Shown here one piece after another: positions 9,583 to 19,100 of a stretch of DNA of 64,000 bases; positions within the stretch are counted from its first letter, which is position 1; every line of letters begins with the position of its first letter. Origin of the DNA: a virus. The stretch lies in the IMG/VR virus record IMGVR_UViG_3300020578_000058, positions 4,828-68,827 of that record. The stretch is one strand, 5' to 3'. The position numbers and the translations under genes are program-made. The notes under the pieces were generated by a model. That model was not told where the DNA came from. It ran no database searches and saw nothing but the letters and a program-made list of their open reading frames with translations.

Positions 9583-10260
9583 ATGACGGCAGAAGAACGC
9601 GCCCAACTACTCGCCATGTTGCCCCAAGGCATTTCCCGCGTTCGTGTCACGAACGCGGAGGGCAAGCAGTACTACAAGGCAGTTCCAGACATTCTTGACA
9701 CCGACACGGTGGACCTGACCGCTGCGGGTAAGCCTATTGTCATGCGGGCACCTCCCGGTCGCCCGGTCGGCTCCACCGCGAAGCCTGCGTTGCCCCCGGT
9801 GTCGAAGCAGGCCGAAGAAGTCTCGCAGGCGAAGGACAACCACGAGGCCCTTTCGGACCTCGTGGCCGTCACGAAGCAGAACTCCGAGGCTGACGCGGTG
9901 TTCCACACGCTCATGAACGGGCTTGCGGTGGAAATCACCTCTTTGGAGTTTGAGCGCCGGGAAGCCGAGCGCAAGGGCGAGGACACCTCCAACATCTCGT
10001 CCAAGCGCGTCCGCGCTATCAAGACCATGACCGACGCATGGTTGAAGAAGCGGGAGAAGGTGGACTCGGGCACCATTGACATGGAAGGGGTGGCCTTCAA
10101 GACGCTGTTCTCGTTCACCCTTGAAACGGTGCGCGCGGCTATGGGCGATAGCGGTATGCGCCCCGAGCACATCGAGACGGTCTTTGCGAAACTCTCCAAG
10201 CGGCTTGCGGACGGGTGGGCCGAGGACGCCAAGGCCCGTATGCGTGAGGCAACGAAGTGA
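9583..10260 (+). CDS. Putative terminase small subunit
   Basis: Helical protein directly upstream of and overlapping the large terminase. Call is based on position. Confidence 0.45.
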   Translation: MTAEERAQLLAMLPQGISRVRVTNAEGKQYYKAVPDILDTDTVDLTAAGKPIVMRAPPGRPVGSTAKPALPPVSKQAEEVSQAKDNHEALSDLVAVTKQNSEADAVFHTLMNGLAVEITSLEFERREAERKGEDTSNISSKRVRAIKTMTDAWLKKREKVDSGTIDMEGVAFKTLFSFTLETVRAAMGDSGMRPEHIETVFAKLSKRLADGWAEDAKARMREATK

Positions 10261-12179
10261 GCCTTGCGGACCTTGCCATCGCAGCGGGTCGGCGCACCAC
10301 TTCGGACGCGACCGACACGGGTGTAGATGTCATCACCTTCATTGAGGCCCCGTGGGGGCTTGGGCTACGCCTGTTCCCCGTGCAACGGGTCATCCTCAAA
10401 GCCCACTACGGCTTGGAGTTAGACGACAACCCGCACGGGTTCGACCTCGCACAGCCTGTTCCGGCAGACCACCCCGAGTACCGCCTCGACCTCGTGGACG
10501 ACGACGGGTTCTACGCGCTTCGCATTCCGGTCACAGACTGGCGGCGGCAGAACCTTCGGTACTTGACCGAAGCGGGCTACCTCCGCTACCTGTACGACGA
10601 CGGGCGGTGCAATGTCCGTGAGGTCGTTCCCGGCAAGGAGCGCCGGGAAATGGTGCTCTCGGTCGGACGGCGTTCGGGCAAGACGCTCATCACTTCCTGC
10701 ATTATTGCCTATGAAACCTACAAGTTGCTCCTCAAAGGCAACCCGCAGGCGTACTACGGCTCGTCGCAAAGCAATGTCGTGCAACTTATCTCGGTGGCAA
10801 CGGACAAAGACCAAGCGGGTCTGCTGTACCGGGAGGCAAGCGGCCACTTCTCCAAGTGCGACTTCTTCAAGGCGTACATGGCGAACGCCACGCAGTCGTT
10901 CGCCACCTTCCAGACGCCCTTCGACATTGAGCGGTACGGCTCCTACAAGGACAACCCGAAGGCCCGCTACTCGATCAATGTGACCTTTCGCTCTTGCGTG
11001 GCGAAGGGGCTGCGCGGCGGTGCCAACATTCTCGTTGCCTTGGACGAGGTTGCCCACTTCACCGACGAGGGGCAGTCGTCGGCGGACGATGTGTACCAAG
11101 CCGTCGAGCCGTCTACCCGAACCTTCTCCCCGAAAGACCCAAAGAACACCACCAAGCCCATCGGAGAGAACGAGGGTCGCATCATCCTCATCTCGTCGCC
11201 GCTCGGTAAGCAGGGGTTGTTCTACAAGCAGTACACGCTCGGGTTCACGGGTGGTGTGGCCGCCGACAACATGCTCTGCATTGAGGCCCCGACTTGGGAG
11301 GTCAACCCGACCGTCCCCGCAGGCACCTTTGAGGGCTCGTACCTCAAAGACCCCCGTGTGTTCTTCACCGAGTTCGGCGCGCAGTTCACCGACCGGACCC
11401 GTGGTTGGATTGAGAGCGCGGACGACCTGTTCGCTTGCATTGACCCCGACGCCCGCCCCAAGACCCGTGGGGCTCCGCGCTACCCGCACTTCATGGGCCT
11501 CGATGTGGCGCTCGTGGGCGACTACACCTCCGTCGCTATTGGGCATGTCACGCCCGAGGGCAAGGTGGCCCTCGACTACATTGACCGCATTCGTGCCGGG
11601 GAGGGCGACTACCGCAACCAAGAGCGGTTGGAGTTTGACGATGTGGCCGATTGGGTAGAGCGCCTCTCCAAGCAGTTCTACATAAGCGAAGGCATCTTCG
11701 ACCAATGGGCCGGTATCCCAATGGAGCAGGCTCTTGCCAAGCGCGGGCTCGGGCAAATGAAGTCCGTCCACCACACGCGCTCGCTCACCTCGCAGATGTT
11801 TCAGAACTTCAAGGACATGATGCTCGACAAGCGGCTGGTCTTGTTCGACTGGCCCAAGCCCGAGGGCGAGGATCACGCGGAGTACCTTCAAGAACTGCTG
11901 GAACTCCAAGCCGAGGTCGTCAGCAAGTATGTCATCCTCGTGTCCGCCCCCAACATGGACGGCAAGCACGACGACTACGCGGACGCCCTCGCGCGCATGG
12001 TGTGGGTTGCCACCGCCAAGGCAGGCAAGCCCGTCACTATCACCGGGGTCCACTCCTCCCGCTCGCTTGCCTCTATGTCTCGCACGGTGTCGCCGGTTGG
12101 CAACCTTCTCCGTCTCAAACGGACGGGGAGCCATCCCGACCGCATGGTGCCCAAGGCCCACAAGAAGAACAGGCGGTGA
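10257..12179 (+). CDS. terL: Terminase large subunit
   Basis: LFPVQ adenine-binding motif, Walker A GRRSGKT, Walker B VALDEVAH, coupling motif ISSP, RNase H-like GLDVA...D and HDDYAD. Confidence 0.93.
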   Translation: MSLADLAIAAGRRTTSDATDTGVDVITFIEAPWGLGLRLFPVQRVILKAHYGLELDDNPHGFDLAQPVPADHPEYRLDLVDDDGFYALRIPVTDWRRQNLRYLTEAGYLRYLYDDGRCNVREVVPGKERREMVLSVGRRSGKTLITSCIIAYETYKLLLKGNPQAYYGSSQSNVVQLISVATDKDQAGLLYREASGHFSKCDFFKAYMANATQSFATFQTPFDIERYGSYKDNPKARYSINVTFRSCVAKGLRGGANILVALDEVAHFTDEGQSSADDVYQAVEPSTRTFSPKDPKNTTKPIGENEGRIILISSPLGKQGLFYKQYTLGFTGGVAADNMLCIEAPTWEVNPTVPAGTFEGSYLKDPRVFFTEFGAQFTDRTRGWIESADDLFACIDPDARPKTRGAPRYPHFMGLDVALVGDYTSVAIGHVTPEGKVALDYIDRIRAGEGDYRNQERLEFDDVADWVERLSKQFYISEGIFDQWAGIPMEQALAKRGLGQMKSVHHTRSLTSQMFQNFKDMMLDKRLVLFDWPKPEGEDHAEYLQELLELQAEVVSKYVILVSAPNMDGKHDDYADALARMVWVATAKAGKPVTITGVHSSRSLASMSRTVSPVGNLLRLKRTGSHPDRMVPKAHKKNRR

Positions 12180-12181
12180 CC

Positions 12182-12439
12182 ATGCCCTCGTACTCCTCCG
12201 AAACCCCCGTGCGCGCAAGTCACCGCTACATTGCCCGGCTGCTCAAGACCGACTTCAAGGACAAGCACCGCTTGCCCGACCCCGAGGCGTGCGACCGCGT
12301 GAGCGAGGTGTTCGCACGCCTCGGGGGGTCGTGGGCTGACCTGTTTCTCGGCTCCTCGGAACAGGTGGCTCTGCTTCGCAATGTCATTACTGCGGCTATC
12401 AGTAGCGGTGTGCTGCCGCCGAAGCCGAAGTGGAGTTGA
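12182..12439 (+). CDS. Hypothetical protein
   Basis: MPSYSSETPV...KPKWS fills the gap between terL and the next gene. Confidence 0.55.
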   Translation: MPSYSSETPVRASHRYIARLLKTDFKDKHRLPDPEACDRVSEVFARLGGSWADLFLGSSEQVALLRNVITAAISSGVLPPKPKWS

Positions 12440-12442
12440 ACC

Positions 12443-13033
12443 ATGCCCCCCACCCGTCAAATCATTCAGAACTCCTCCGTCGAGGACTGCGGGGATGTGG
12501 AACTGCACCTTCGCGGTGACCGCTTCTTCGTGCAGCCGGGTCCGGTGCTGCTCTCGACGGGCTGGCGCGGCGGGCTGTGGGTTCGCTATGTCTCCGGTGA
12601 CTACGACTTCACCGTAGAAGCGAGCGACGGGAACACCTGCACCGGCTTCCTGCTCTTTCAGTCCGAGGACTACCAGCCATCCCCCCCGCCTTTCGGCACA
12701 GGCGTCGGCTCTCCCGAGAACTACCTTGCCCACCAGTTCCTTGCGAACGGGCAGGGCGGGCAGAACATCGCCACCCTCATCGCAGGTGGAACGCGCTGCT
12801 ACTTCAAGGTCTACGAGCAGTTTCAACTGAACGGCGGGGTCCGCGACCCGAACCTCCCCATCACCTATGTCCTCAATGAGAACTTGAAGGTGAGTGAGAA
12901 CGGCTTTCTTTGCAACGACAGCGATGTGGAACTTGCGCTCGCGGGTGTGACTACCCCGAAGGTCGTGGGCGTGTGCTCGGCGGTGCCGAACGACACCAAC
13001 CAGAGCCGTCTCGGCTTCGACCTCAAGTACTGA
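12443..13033 (+). CDS. Hypothetical virion protein, possibly a capsid decoration/cement paralogue
   Basis: C-terminus (LKVSENGFL...VVGVCSAVP...LGFDLKY) resembles that of 24429-25142 (LIASLNGYL...IAILRMPA...IVFDQRI). Confidence 0.5.
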   Translation: MPPTRQIIQNSSVEDCGDVELHLRGDRFFVQPGPVLLSTGWRGGLWVRYVSGDYDFTVEASDGNTCTGFLLFQSEDYQPSPPPFGTGVGSPENYLAHQFLANGQGGQNIATLIAGGTRCYFKVYEQFQLNGGVRDPNLPITYVLNENLKVSENGFLCNDSDVELALAGVTTPKVVGVCSAVPNDTNQSRLGFDLKY

Positions 13034-13058
13034 CGGGTACTCTGTCCGTGAGGTCGTC

Positions 13059-13379
13059 ATGCCGCGCCCCACAACCCTCGACCCCGCCGAAGTAGACCGC
13101 ATGGTGGAGCGGCAGGTGCGCTCTGCGGCGCAAGCCGTGGCATCGGCGTTGCGGGCGGTAGAGCAGACGCACACTCCCCGTTCTCGGCGGGTGGCGCGGC
13201 ACCTTGCAGGCGTGCTGCGAATGCTCCAAGACACGGGCAGGGTCACCTCACCCTTCGACCCCGTGGACGAGCCCTCCACAGGTCGGGCGGCAAAGGTCGC
13301 CGCCCCACTCCCCGAGCCCCCTCCTCCCGTCGAACCTCCTGCACCCCCGGCAACAGAAGTAGAGGCACCCGATGCGTGA
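13059..13379 (+). CDS. Hypothetical protein (Pro-rich tail)
   Basis: GAGG upstream; overlaps the portal start. Confidence 0.55.
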   Translation: MPRPTTLDPAEVDRMVERQVRSAAQAVASALRAVEQTHTPRSRRVARHLAGVLRMLQDTGRVTSPFDPVDEPSTGRAAKVAAPLPEPPPPVEPPAPPATEVEAPDA

Positions 13380-15075
13380 GCAAGACGACGCTACGCCGGT
13401 CGGGCATGTTCCCTCGGGTGACGGCAAGTCCAAGGCCAAGACGGGCAAGCCCCGCAAGGTCGCCACGACGGCCATGCGCTCCAAGTTCGCCTCCATCGGA
13501 GGGGGTTTGGGCGGTGCGGGCACCGTGCAGGGCATGGGCGGCAACTTCTACTCGCCCGAACTCTCAACCGACTTCCTTGAACTCCCGCAAAGCCTTCACG
13601 AACAATGGAACTACTATCGGTTCTTCTACCGTTCCGAGCCGTTCGTCGGGCAGGCCATTGATCTCCACACCGAACTCCCGCTCTCCAAGATCCGCATTGC
13701 TCGCCCGAAGGCCAAGAATGTGGAACTCGCACAGGAGGCCACGCGCTTCTGCGAGCGGTGGGCGCAGCGCATTGGGCTGCTCCACCGGCTCATCGCCATC
13801 GTCCACGAACGCAACCTCATTGGCGAGGTGTTCATTTGGTGCGAGGACGCCAACCCCGACATGCCCCGCGAGGTGCGCGAAGAAGTCCTGCGTGAACTGA
13901 ACGAGGACGGCGAAGCCGTTGAGCGGTGGGTGGTTCGGGACGACGCCGACGAGCGCGCCGCCCGGTGGCTGCGGAAGAACTACAAGGGGTGGACGGGCGT
14001 GCGGTGCTTGCCCCCCGAACAGGTGCGCGTCGAGTCGTTCAACTTCACCGACGAACGCATCTTTGAGTTGATCCCCGACAGCAAGACCAAGAGCATTATT
14101 GAGAAGTCCGACTCGGGGGACGCGAACGCGCAGCGCGTGGTGGCGTCCATGCCACCGGATGTGGTGGCGGCGGTGCGTAACGGCGCGAACATTCCGTTGA
14201 ACACCGACCCCGACGCGGGCTCCTTCGTCTACTACATGGCGAACCGCAAGTCGGACTACGAGCAGCGTGGGCGCAGCATTCTTGAACGCTGTATGCGCGT
14301 CTTGGTGTACCGGGACAAGTTGCGGCAGGCGCAGACAAGCATCGCTTCGCGGCACATGACCCCCATTCGGCTCGTGTACGCCGAGGACATGGATCAAGCC
14401 GATGTGGAGGCGTTGCGTGAGCAGGTAGACCTTGCCCTGCAAGACCCCGACTACTCCATCATTGCGAACTTCCAAGTGAACTGGGAAGAAATGGGGGCCG
14501 ACCAACGGCTTCTCGATCTTGGGACCGAGTACGACATGACCGACCGGCAGTTGTACGCGGGCTTGGGCGTGACGGAGGGCTTGCTCTCGGGCGAGAGCGC
14601 CTACTCGGGCGACCGCATCAACTTGGAGGTCATCAACACGCGCTACATGCTGCTGCGGGAGCAGGTGCAAGACCTCGCGGAGAACGCCTTCTTCCGGCCC
14701 ATGTGTGCGCGCATGGGCTTTGTGGAGGAGGACGAGTACGGCGAAATGCAAGTTCTTGTGCCGCGCTTGTCGTTCACGCGGCTTGCGCTCCGCGACAACT
14801 CCGACACCTTCGACGCCCTCTACAACCTCTACACGAAGGGGTCGCTCGATGTGGACACCATCCTTGAACTTCTGAACCTTGACCCTATTGCGGTCAGGGA
14901 GAAGGTCGAGCGTGACCTGTTCACGGTCAATGACCCGACCTTCAATGAAGTCATGCGGGGCATCTACGGAGACGCGGGCCGCAAGTTGGCCGAGGAGAGC
15001 GATGTTGTCACCAAGATCGCCAAGGGTCTTGGCCTCAAACACACGCCCCCCAAGGAGGGGGGCGACCGCTTTTAG
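13372..15075 (+). CDS. Portal protein
   Basis: 567 aa downstream of terL. YRFFYRSEPFVGQAIDLH, GEVF, RGRSILERC and LYAGLGVTEGLL are typical of portal proteins. Confidence 0.85.
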   Translation: MREQDDATPVGHVPSGDGKSKAKTGKPRKVATTAMRSKFASIGGGLGGAGTVQGMGGNFYSPELSTDFLELPQSLHEQWNYYRFFYRSEPFVGQAIDLHTELPLSKIRIARPKAKNVELAQEATRFCERWAQRIGLLHRLIAIVHERNLIGEVFIWCEDANPDMPREVREEVLRELNEDGEAVERWVVRDDADERAARWLRKNYKGWTGVRCLPPEQVRVESFNFTDERIFELIPDSKTKSIIEKSDSGDANAQRVVASMPPDVVAAVRNGANIPLNTDPDAGSFVYYMANRKSDYEQRGRSILERCMRVLVYRDKLRQAQTSIASRHMTPIRLVYAEDMDQADVEALREQVDLALQDPDYSIIANFQVNWEEMGADQRLLDLGTEYDMTDRQLYAGLGVTEGLLSGESAYSGDRINLEVINTRYMLLREQVQDLAENAFFRPMCARMGFVEEDEYGEMQVLVPRLSFTRLALRDNSDTFDALYNLYTKGSLDVDTILELLNLDPIAVREKVERDLFTVNDPTFNEVMRGIYGDAGRKLAEESDVVTKIAKGLGLKHTPPKEGGDRF

Positions 15076-15515
15076 TAGAGCGGGCCGAATTCCGCCCGCC
15101 GCAGGGCGAGCGTCTCGGCCATGTCCTCGGGGTGCGGGTCTTCCCACCCCTCGTCCAGCATGTCGAGGGCGGTGGCGAGCGCCTTGCGCTCCCCGGTCAC
15201 CCGCACCCACTCGGGGCGGGCGAAGTTCACCACCCACCGCTCGGTGACGGCGAGGGCGTGCTTGCACGCCCCCACCCGCCCGTGGTCGGGGCAAGTACAG
15301 TTGAAGGTGGCGCGGTCGAGGTCCACGCGCACCGCGTATTCCTCGCTGCCGAGGACGCGGGCGACGAGGAGTCCCCCGTTGTTACGGGCCACGGCCCACG
15401 CCACCTTGACGGTGGCGGCGCGCTCGCGCCGGGCGCGGTTCGCGCCGTCGAGGAGGCGGCGAGCCGCCTGCCCACGAGCGCGGAGGGTGGCGAGCGCGGC
15501 GTCGAAGTCGTTCAT
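15072..15515 (-). CDS. SWIM zinc-finger protein
   Basis: YAVRVD...FNCTCPD...ACKHALAV (CxC...CxH). AAGGAG RBS before the ATG at 15515. Confidence 0.8.
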   Translation of the reverse strand: MNDFDAALATLRARGQAARRLLDGANRARRERAATVKVAWAVARNNGGLLVARVLGSEEYAVRVDLDRATFNCTCPDHGRVGACKHALAVTERWVVNFARPEWVRVTGERKALATALDMLDEGWEDPHPEDMAETLALRRAEFGPLY

Positions 15516-15556
15516 GCGGTGCTCCTTGCCTGTGAAACAGGACGGGCGGGGTGAGA

Positions 15557-15590
15557 GGGGTACGCGGCACCGGGCTACCGCGAAACCCCC
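15557..15590 (-). promoter_or_regulatory. Conserved phage promoter-like motif, copy 1
   Basis: Minus strand reads GGGGG TTTCGC-N17-TACCCC. Confidence 0.7.
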
Positions 15591-16009
15591 TCCACGAACG
15601 AAATGTCGAGGGTCCACTCATGCCGGGACCGCTCCTCCCATTCAGCCCGCGCCCGGTCAAGGTAGTCGGCGCACTCCTGCTCCGACCAACCGTTCACTTT
15701 GCGGAGGTGCTTGACGGCTTGCGGACCACGCCCAACGGCGAACGCCCGCCCAATGTGCTTGACCTCGTGGCAGGACGGGCAGAGGGCCACGAGCCCCACG
15801 AGCCGTTGGACCCGTGTGGTGTCGTCGTACTCCCACCGCTCGTGCGCCTCGACGGGCCACTTGCGGCCCTTGCCGCCGCAGACCTCGCACCTGTGCCCTG
15901 CCGCCTCGTAGCAGGCACGGCGCAGCCTGTCCCACTCCGAGGGGCGCAACCGCGAGCGTAGGTTGTCGCCCCATTGGCTCGCGGGCACGAGGTCTACTGT
16001 GAGCCTCAT
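15575..16009 (-). CDS. HNH-like endonuclease
   Basis: WDRLRRACY...CEVCG...EAHERW...LVALCPSCHEVKH. GGAGG RBS. Confidence 0.8.
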   Translation of the reverse strand: MRLTVDLVPASQWGDNLRSRLRPSEWDRLRRACYEAAGHRCEVCGGKGRKWPVEAHERWEYDDTTRVQRLVGLVALCPSCHEVKHIGRAFAVGRGPQAVKHLRKVNGWSEQECADYLDRARAEWEERSRHEWTLDISFVEGVSR

Positions 16010-16029
16010 GCGGCCTCCGACCAATCCAG

Positions 16030-16063
16030 AATGTACGCAGCACCCTTGTCCCCCGAAACCCCC
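16030..16063 (-). promoter_or_regulatory. Conserved phage promoter-like motif, copy 2
   Basis: Minus strand reads GGGGG TTTCGG-N17-TACATT. Confidence 0.65.
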
Positions 16064-16131
16064 TCCTGCATGAAAAGTTCGGGGGCGGTGACGAGCCTAT
16101 GCACCGTCCCGAAGCAAGGTGAACCACGCCC

Positions 16132-19100
16132 ATGCTCCGTCGCCACGCTGCCACACCCAAGAAGTACGAGCACATCGACTTCACCCCGCCCGAGGGTGCG
16201 GCCAATGCTGCTGCGAAGGGCTTGGAGTACCGTGAGAAGGCCAGCCCTTCCAACAAGGGCGGGCTTACGCCTGCCGAGGCGAGCAAAGAGGGCATTGGTT
16301 CGGGCGTGCAGCGTGCGGTGAACTTGAAGAACCGCAACACGCTCTCACCCGACACCATCAAGCAGATGCACGGCTTCTTCTCGCGCCACGAGAAGAACAA
16401 AGGTGTGGCCCCCGAACACAAGTCCGAGCCGTGGAACGACAAAGGGCATGTGGCGTGGCTTCTGTGGGGGGGAGACGCAGCAAGGTCGTGGGTCGATAAG
16501 GTTCTCGGGCAAATGGAGAAGGCCGACGAGAGAGAGGCCGTGAAAAAGGCTGCTCGGTTCCTCGCTTCCGGCCCGTCCCTGTCATTGGACGACCTCGGCT
16601 ACGGGAGCCTCACGACGGACGAGGAAGCCTTGTTGCTCACCCCCTCGGCTGCGTTCCCGGCGAATGTGCTTGCGTTCATTCCGCAGGTGCCTTGCCCCGA
16701 GAACTCGTCTTTGGAGACGCGGCGGGAACTTGCCCACTTGCTTCGGTTGCAGCACGAGGCCCGGCCCTACCTCGCACAGCAGGTAGCCGCGACCGACGAG
16801 AACGCTACGGCCACCTTGGAGGCGTACTGCGCCGAGCACGGGTTGGACGCAAGCGGTGTGCTCCCCATCACGAACGCTGCCCGCCCGGTGATCCTGCAAG
16901 TCAAGCGGCTCTATAACCGCCCGCGCCCGTACCAACTGGCCGAGTTCTTGGAGCCGGGGTTCCGCCCCATGTCGTCCACGACGGCCCACACGCCGTCGTA
17001 TCCGAGCGGTCATTCGGCGCAGGCGGTGCTTGTCGCGCTGCTCCTGTCGGGGCTTTACCCCGAGCACCGGGACGCTTTCATGGCTCTCGCCCAAGAAGTC
17101 GGCACACACCGCATGGTCGGCGGCTATCACTTCCTTTCGGACATTACCTACGGCGAGCAAGTCGGGCGGGTGCTCTACGAAAGCATGGCCCGCGCCTCGG
17201 TGCGTACCGCTGCCGCCAAGTACGCTGCCGCCAAGTACGCTGCCGCCAAGTACGCTGCCGCCAAGTACAAGGAAAAGAAGAAGGTTCCCAAGGCGGACGG
17301 GTCGGGCAAGACGACCGTGTATGTCTACTCCGAGCGGCAGGTGGCGAACCGTCACCGGGAGAAGGCCGAGCGGTTGGAGGACTTCAAGCCCGCTCTCGCG
17401 GAACTTCGCGCACAGGTCAAGAAAGACCTCGACGCGAATGACCCGAAGAAGAACTTGGTCGCCCTCGCCGTGGGCCTCATTGACGCGACTTACGAGCGGG
17501 TCGGCAACGAGGACAGCGCCGACAATGGGCACTACGGGGTCACGGGGTGGCTCCGCAAGCATGTGACCTTCAAGGGCAAGCGTGCCGTCATTCGCTATGT
17601 GGGCAAGTCGGGCGTCAAGCACGAGAAGTCGGTGGACGACGAGGCTCTTGTCGGCGCATTGAAGAAATGCTGCGGAGACAAGGACGGGGACGAGGCCGTG
17701 CTCTCCCTTGGCAAGCACACCGTCACCTCCGATGAGGTGAACAAGTACCTCAAACCCTACGGCATCACCGCCAAGGACTTGCGGGGGCTGCACGCCAACC
17801 GGGAGATGCAGGAGCGCCTGCGCGCTATCCGCAGCAAGGGGCCGAAACTGCCCCGGCTTCGGAAGGAGCGCGACCCCATTCTCAAAGAGGAGTTCCAGAA
17901 GGCGTTGGAGGGTGCCGCCGAAGCCGTGGGGCATGAGCCTGCGACCTTGCGGAAGCAGTACCTCGTCCCCGGCATCGAAGAAGCCTACATGAAGGACGGC
18001 ACGGTGACCCGCGACCTCACGGCGAGTACCCGTGTCGCCGCCCTCTACTTGCGGGCGACCAAGACCGACGCCGAGCGCGAGGACGAGGAGGCCGAGCGGC
18101 TGCTCAAACCCGAGCCGAAGTACAAGCCACCTCGGAACGACTTGCGCCGTCGCCGTGTCGAGACGGAGCAGGACGCCGACCCCGACAAGAAGCAAGACGA
18201 CAAGGACAGGTCGCAGAACTACAAGGACGCTGCTCACCGAGCGTTGGTGCAGCGCGTGGCCGCACGCTTCTTGTTTGCGAAGTCCGGTCCCGGTGGGAGT
18301 GCTACCAACACCTTGCAGGAGCGCGCACAGAAGGAGTTCGACGCCTACGAGAAGGAACACCCCGACACCGAACTCAAGGTCGAGGACTTCGTAGAGCGCA
18401 TCCAGAAGCAGCAGCAGGGGTCCAGCGGTGGGGCTCCACTCAATGAGAAGGCCCAAGCCGCCCAACAGAAAGCGGAGTTGGCAGCGTTAGAGGTCAAGCG
18501 AAAGTCCGAGGGTGTGCAAAAGGCCGTGGACAAGGTTTCGGCTATGTGGAAGGACATGCCGAACCTTCCCGGCATGTCCAAGCAGAACCACGAGCGCATC
18601 AAAGAAGCCGTCTCGTCCTTTGGCCCCAAGCAGCGCGAGGAGTTCCTTGCCGCCTTTGAGACAGAGAAGGACGCCCTCGTAGGCAAGTACGCCGGGGACA
18701 AGAGCGAGTACGACCCGGCGTTTGTCGAAGAAGCCCTGCAAAGCATGGAGAACACCCCGAAGGGCAAAGACCCCAAGGCCGTGGGAAAGAAAGCCATGCA
18801 GGCCATCTTCACCGACCGTGTGCTGCTCAACCCGCTTATGCTCACACCCTCGGATCCCTTGTCAGACAACCCTGACAAGGGAGACGAGCGACACCCCCCT
18901 GCCAAGGCAGCGAAGCGGGTGGGCCAAGCCGTCAAGCGGTTCTCCCGCGCTTCCAAGGCCGAAGTGGACGCCATGAGCGGCAGGCTCAAGTCTGCCCTCA
19001 AAGCGTGTGAGCCCGGCTCCCCCCAACACGAGGAGTTGCTTGCCATGCAGTATGGCATGGCGGTGGCCGCTGCCATGCCCAAGGCGAAACCCAAGGGCAG

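Noticed and set aside
10257-12179. Intein or intron in the terminase
   Set aside because: There is a ~70-aa insertion before Walker A, but no C...HN splice motifs or LAGLIDADG domain, and the frame is continuous.
5334-15294. Long minus-strand ORFs opposite the head, terminase and portal genes (e.g. 5334-7982, 10419-12218, 13564-15294)
   Set aside because: They fully overlap well-supported + strand genes and have the R/G/V/L-rich composition typical of antisense frames.
17270-18010. Tyrosine integrase interpretation of the R...K...R...H...Y domain
   Set aside because: The RVGN, F/YxGKSG, TAKDxR and GHxxxxxRxxY spacing fits topoisomerase IB, and no att-like context is seen.
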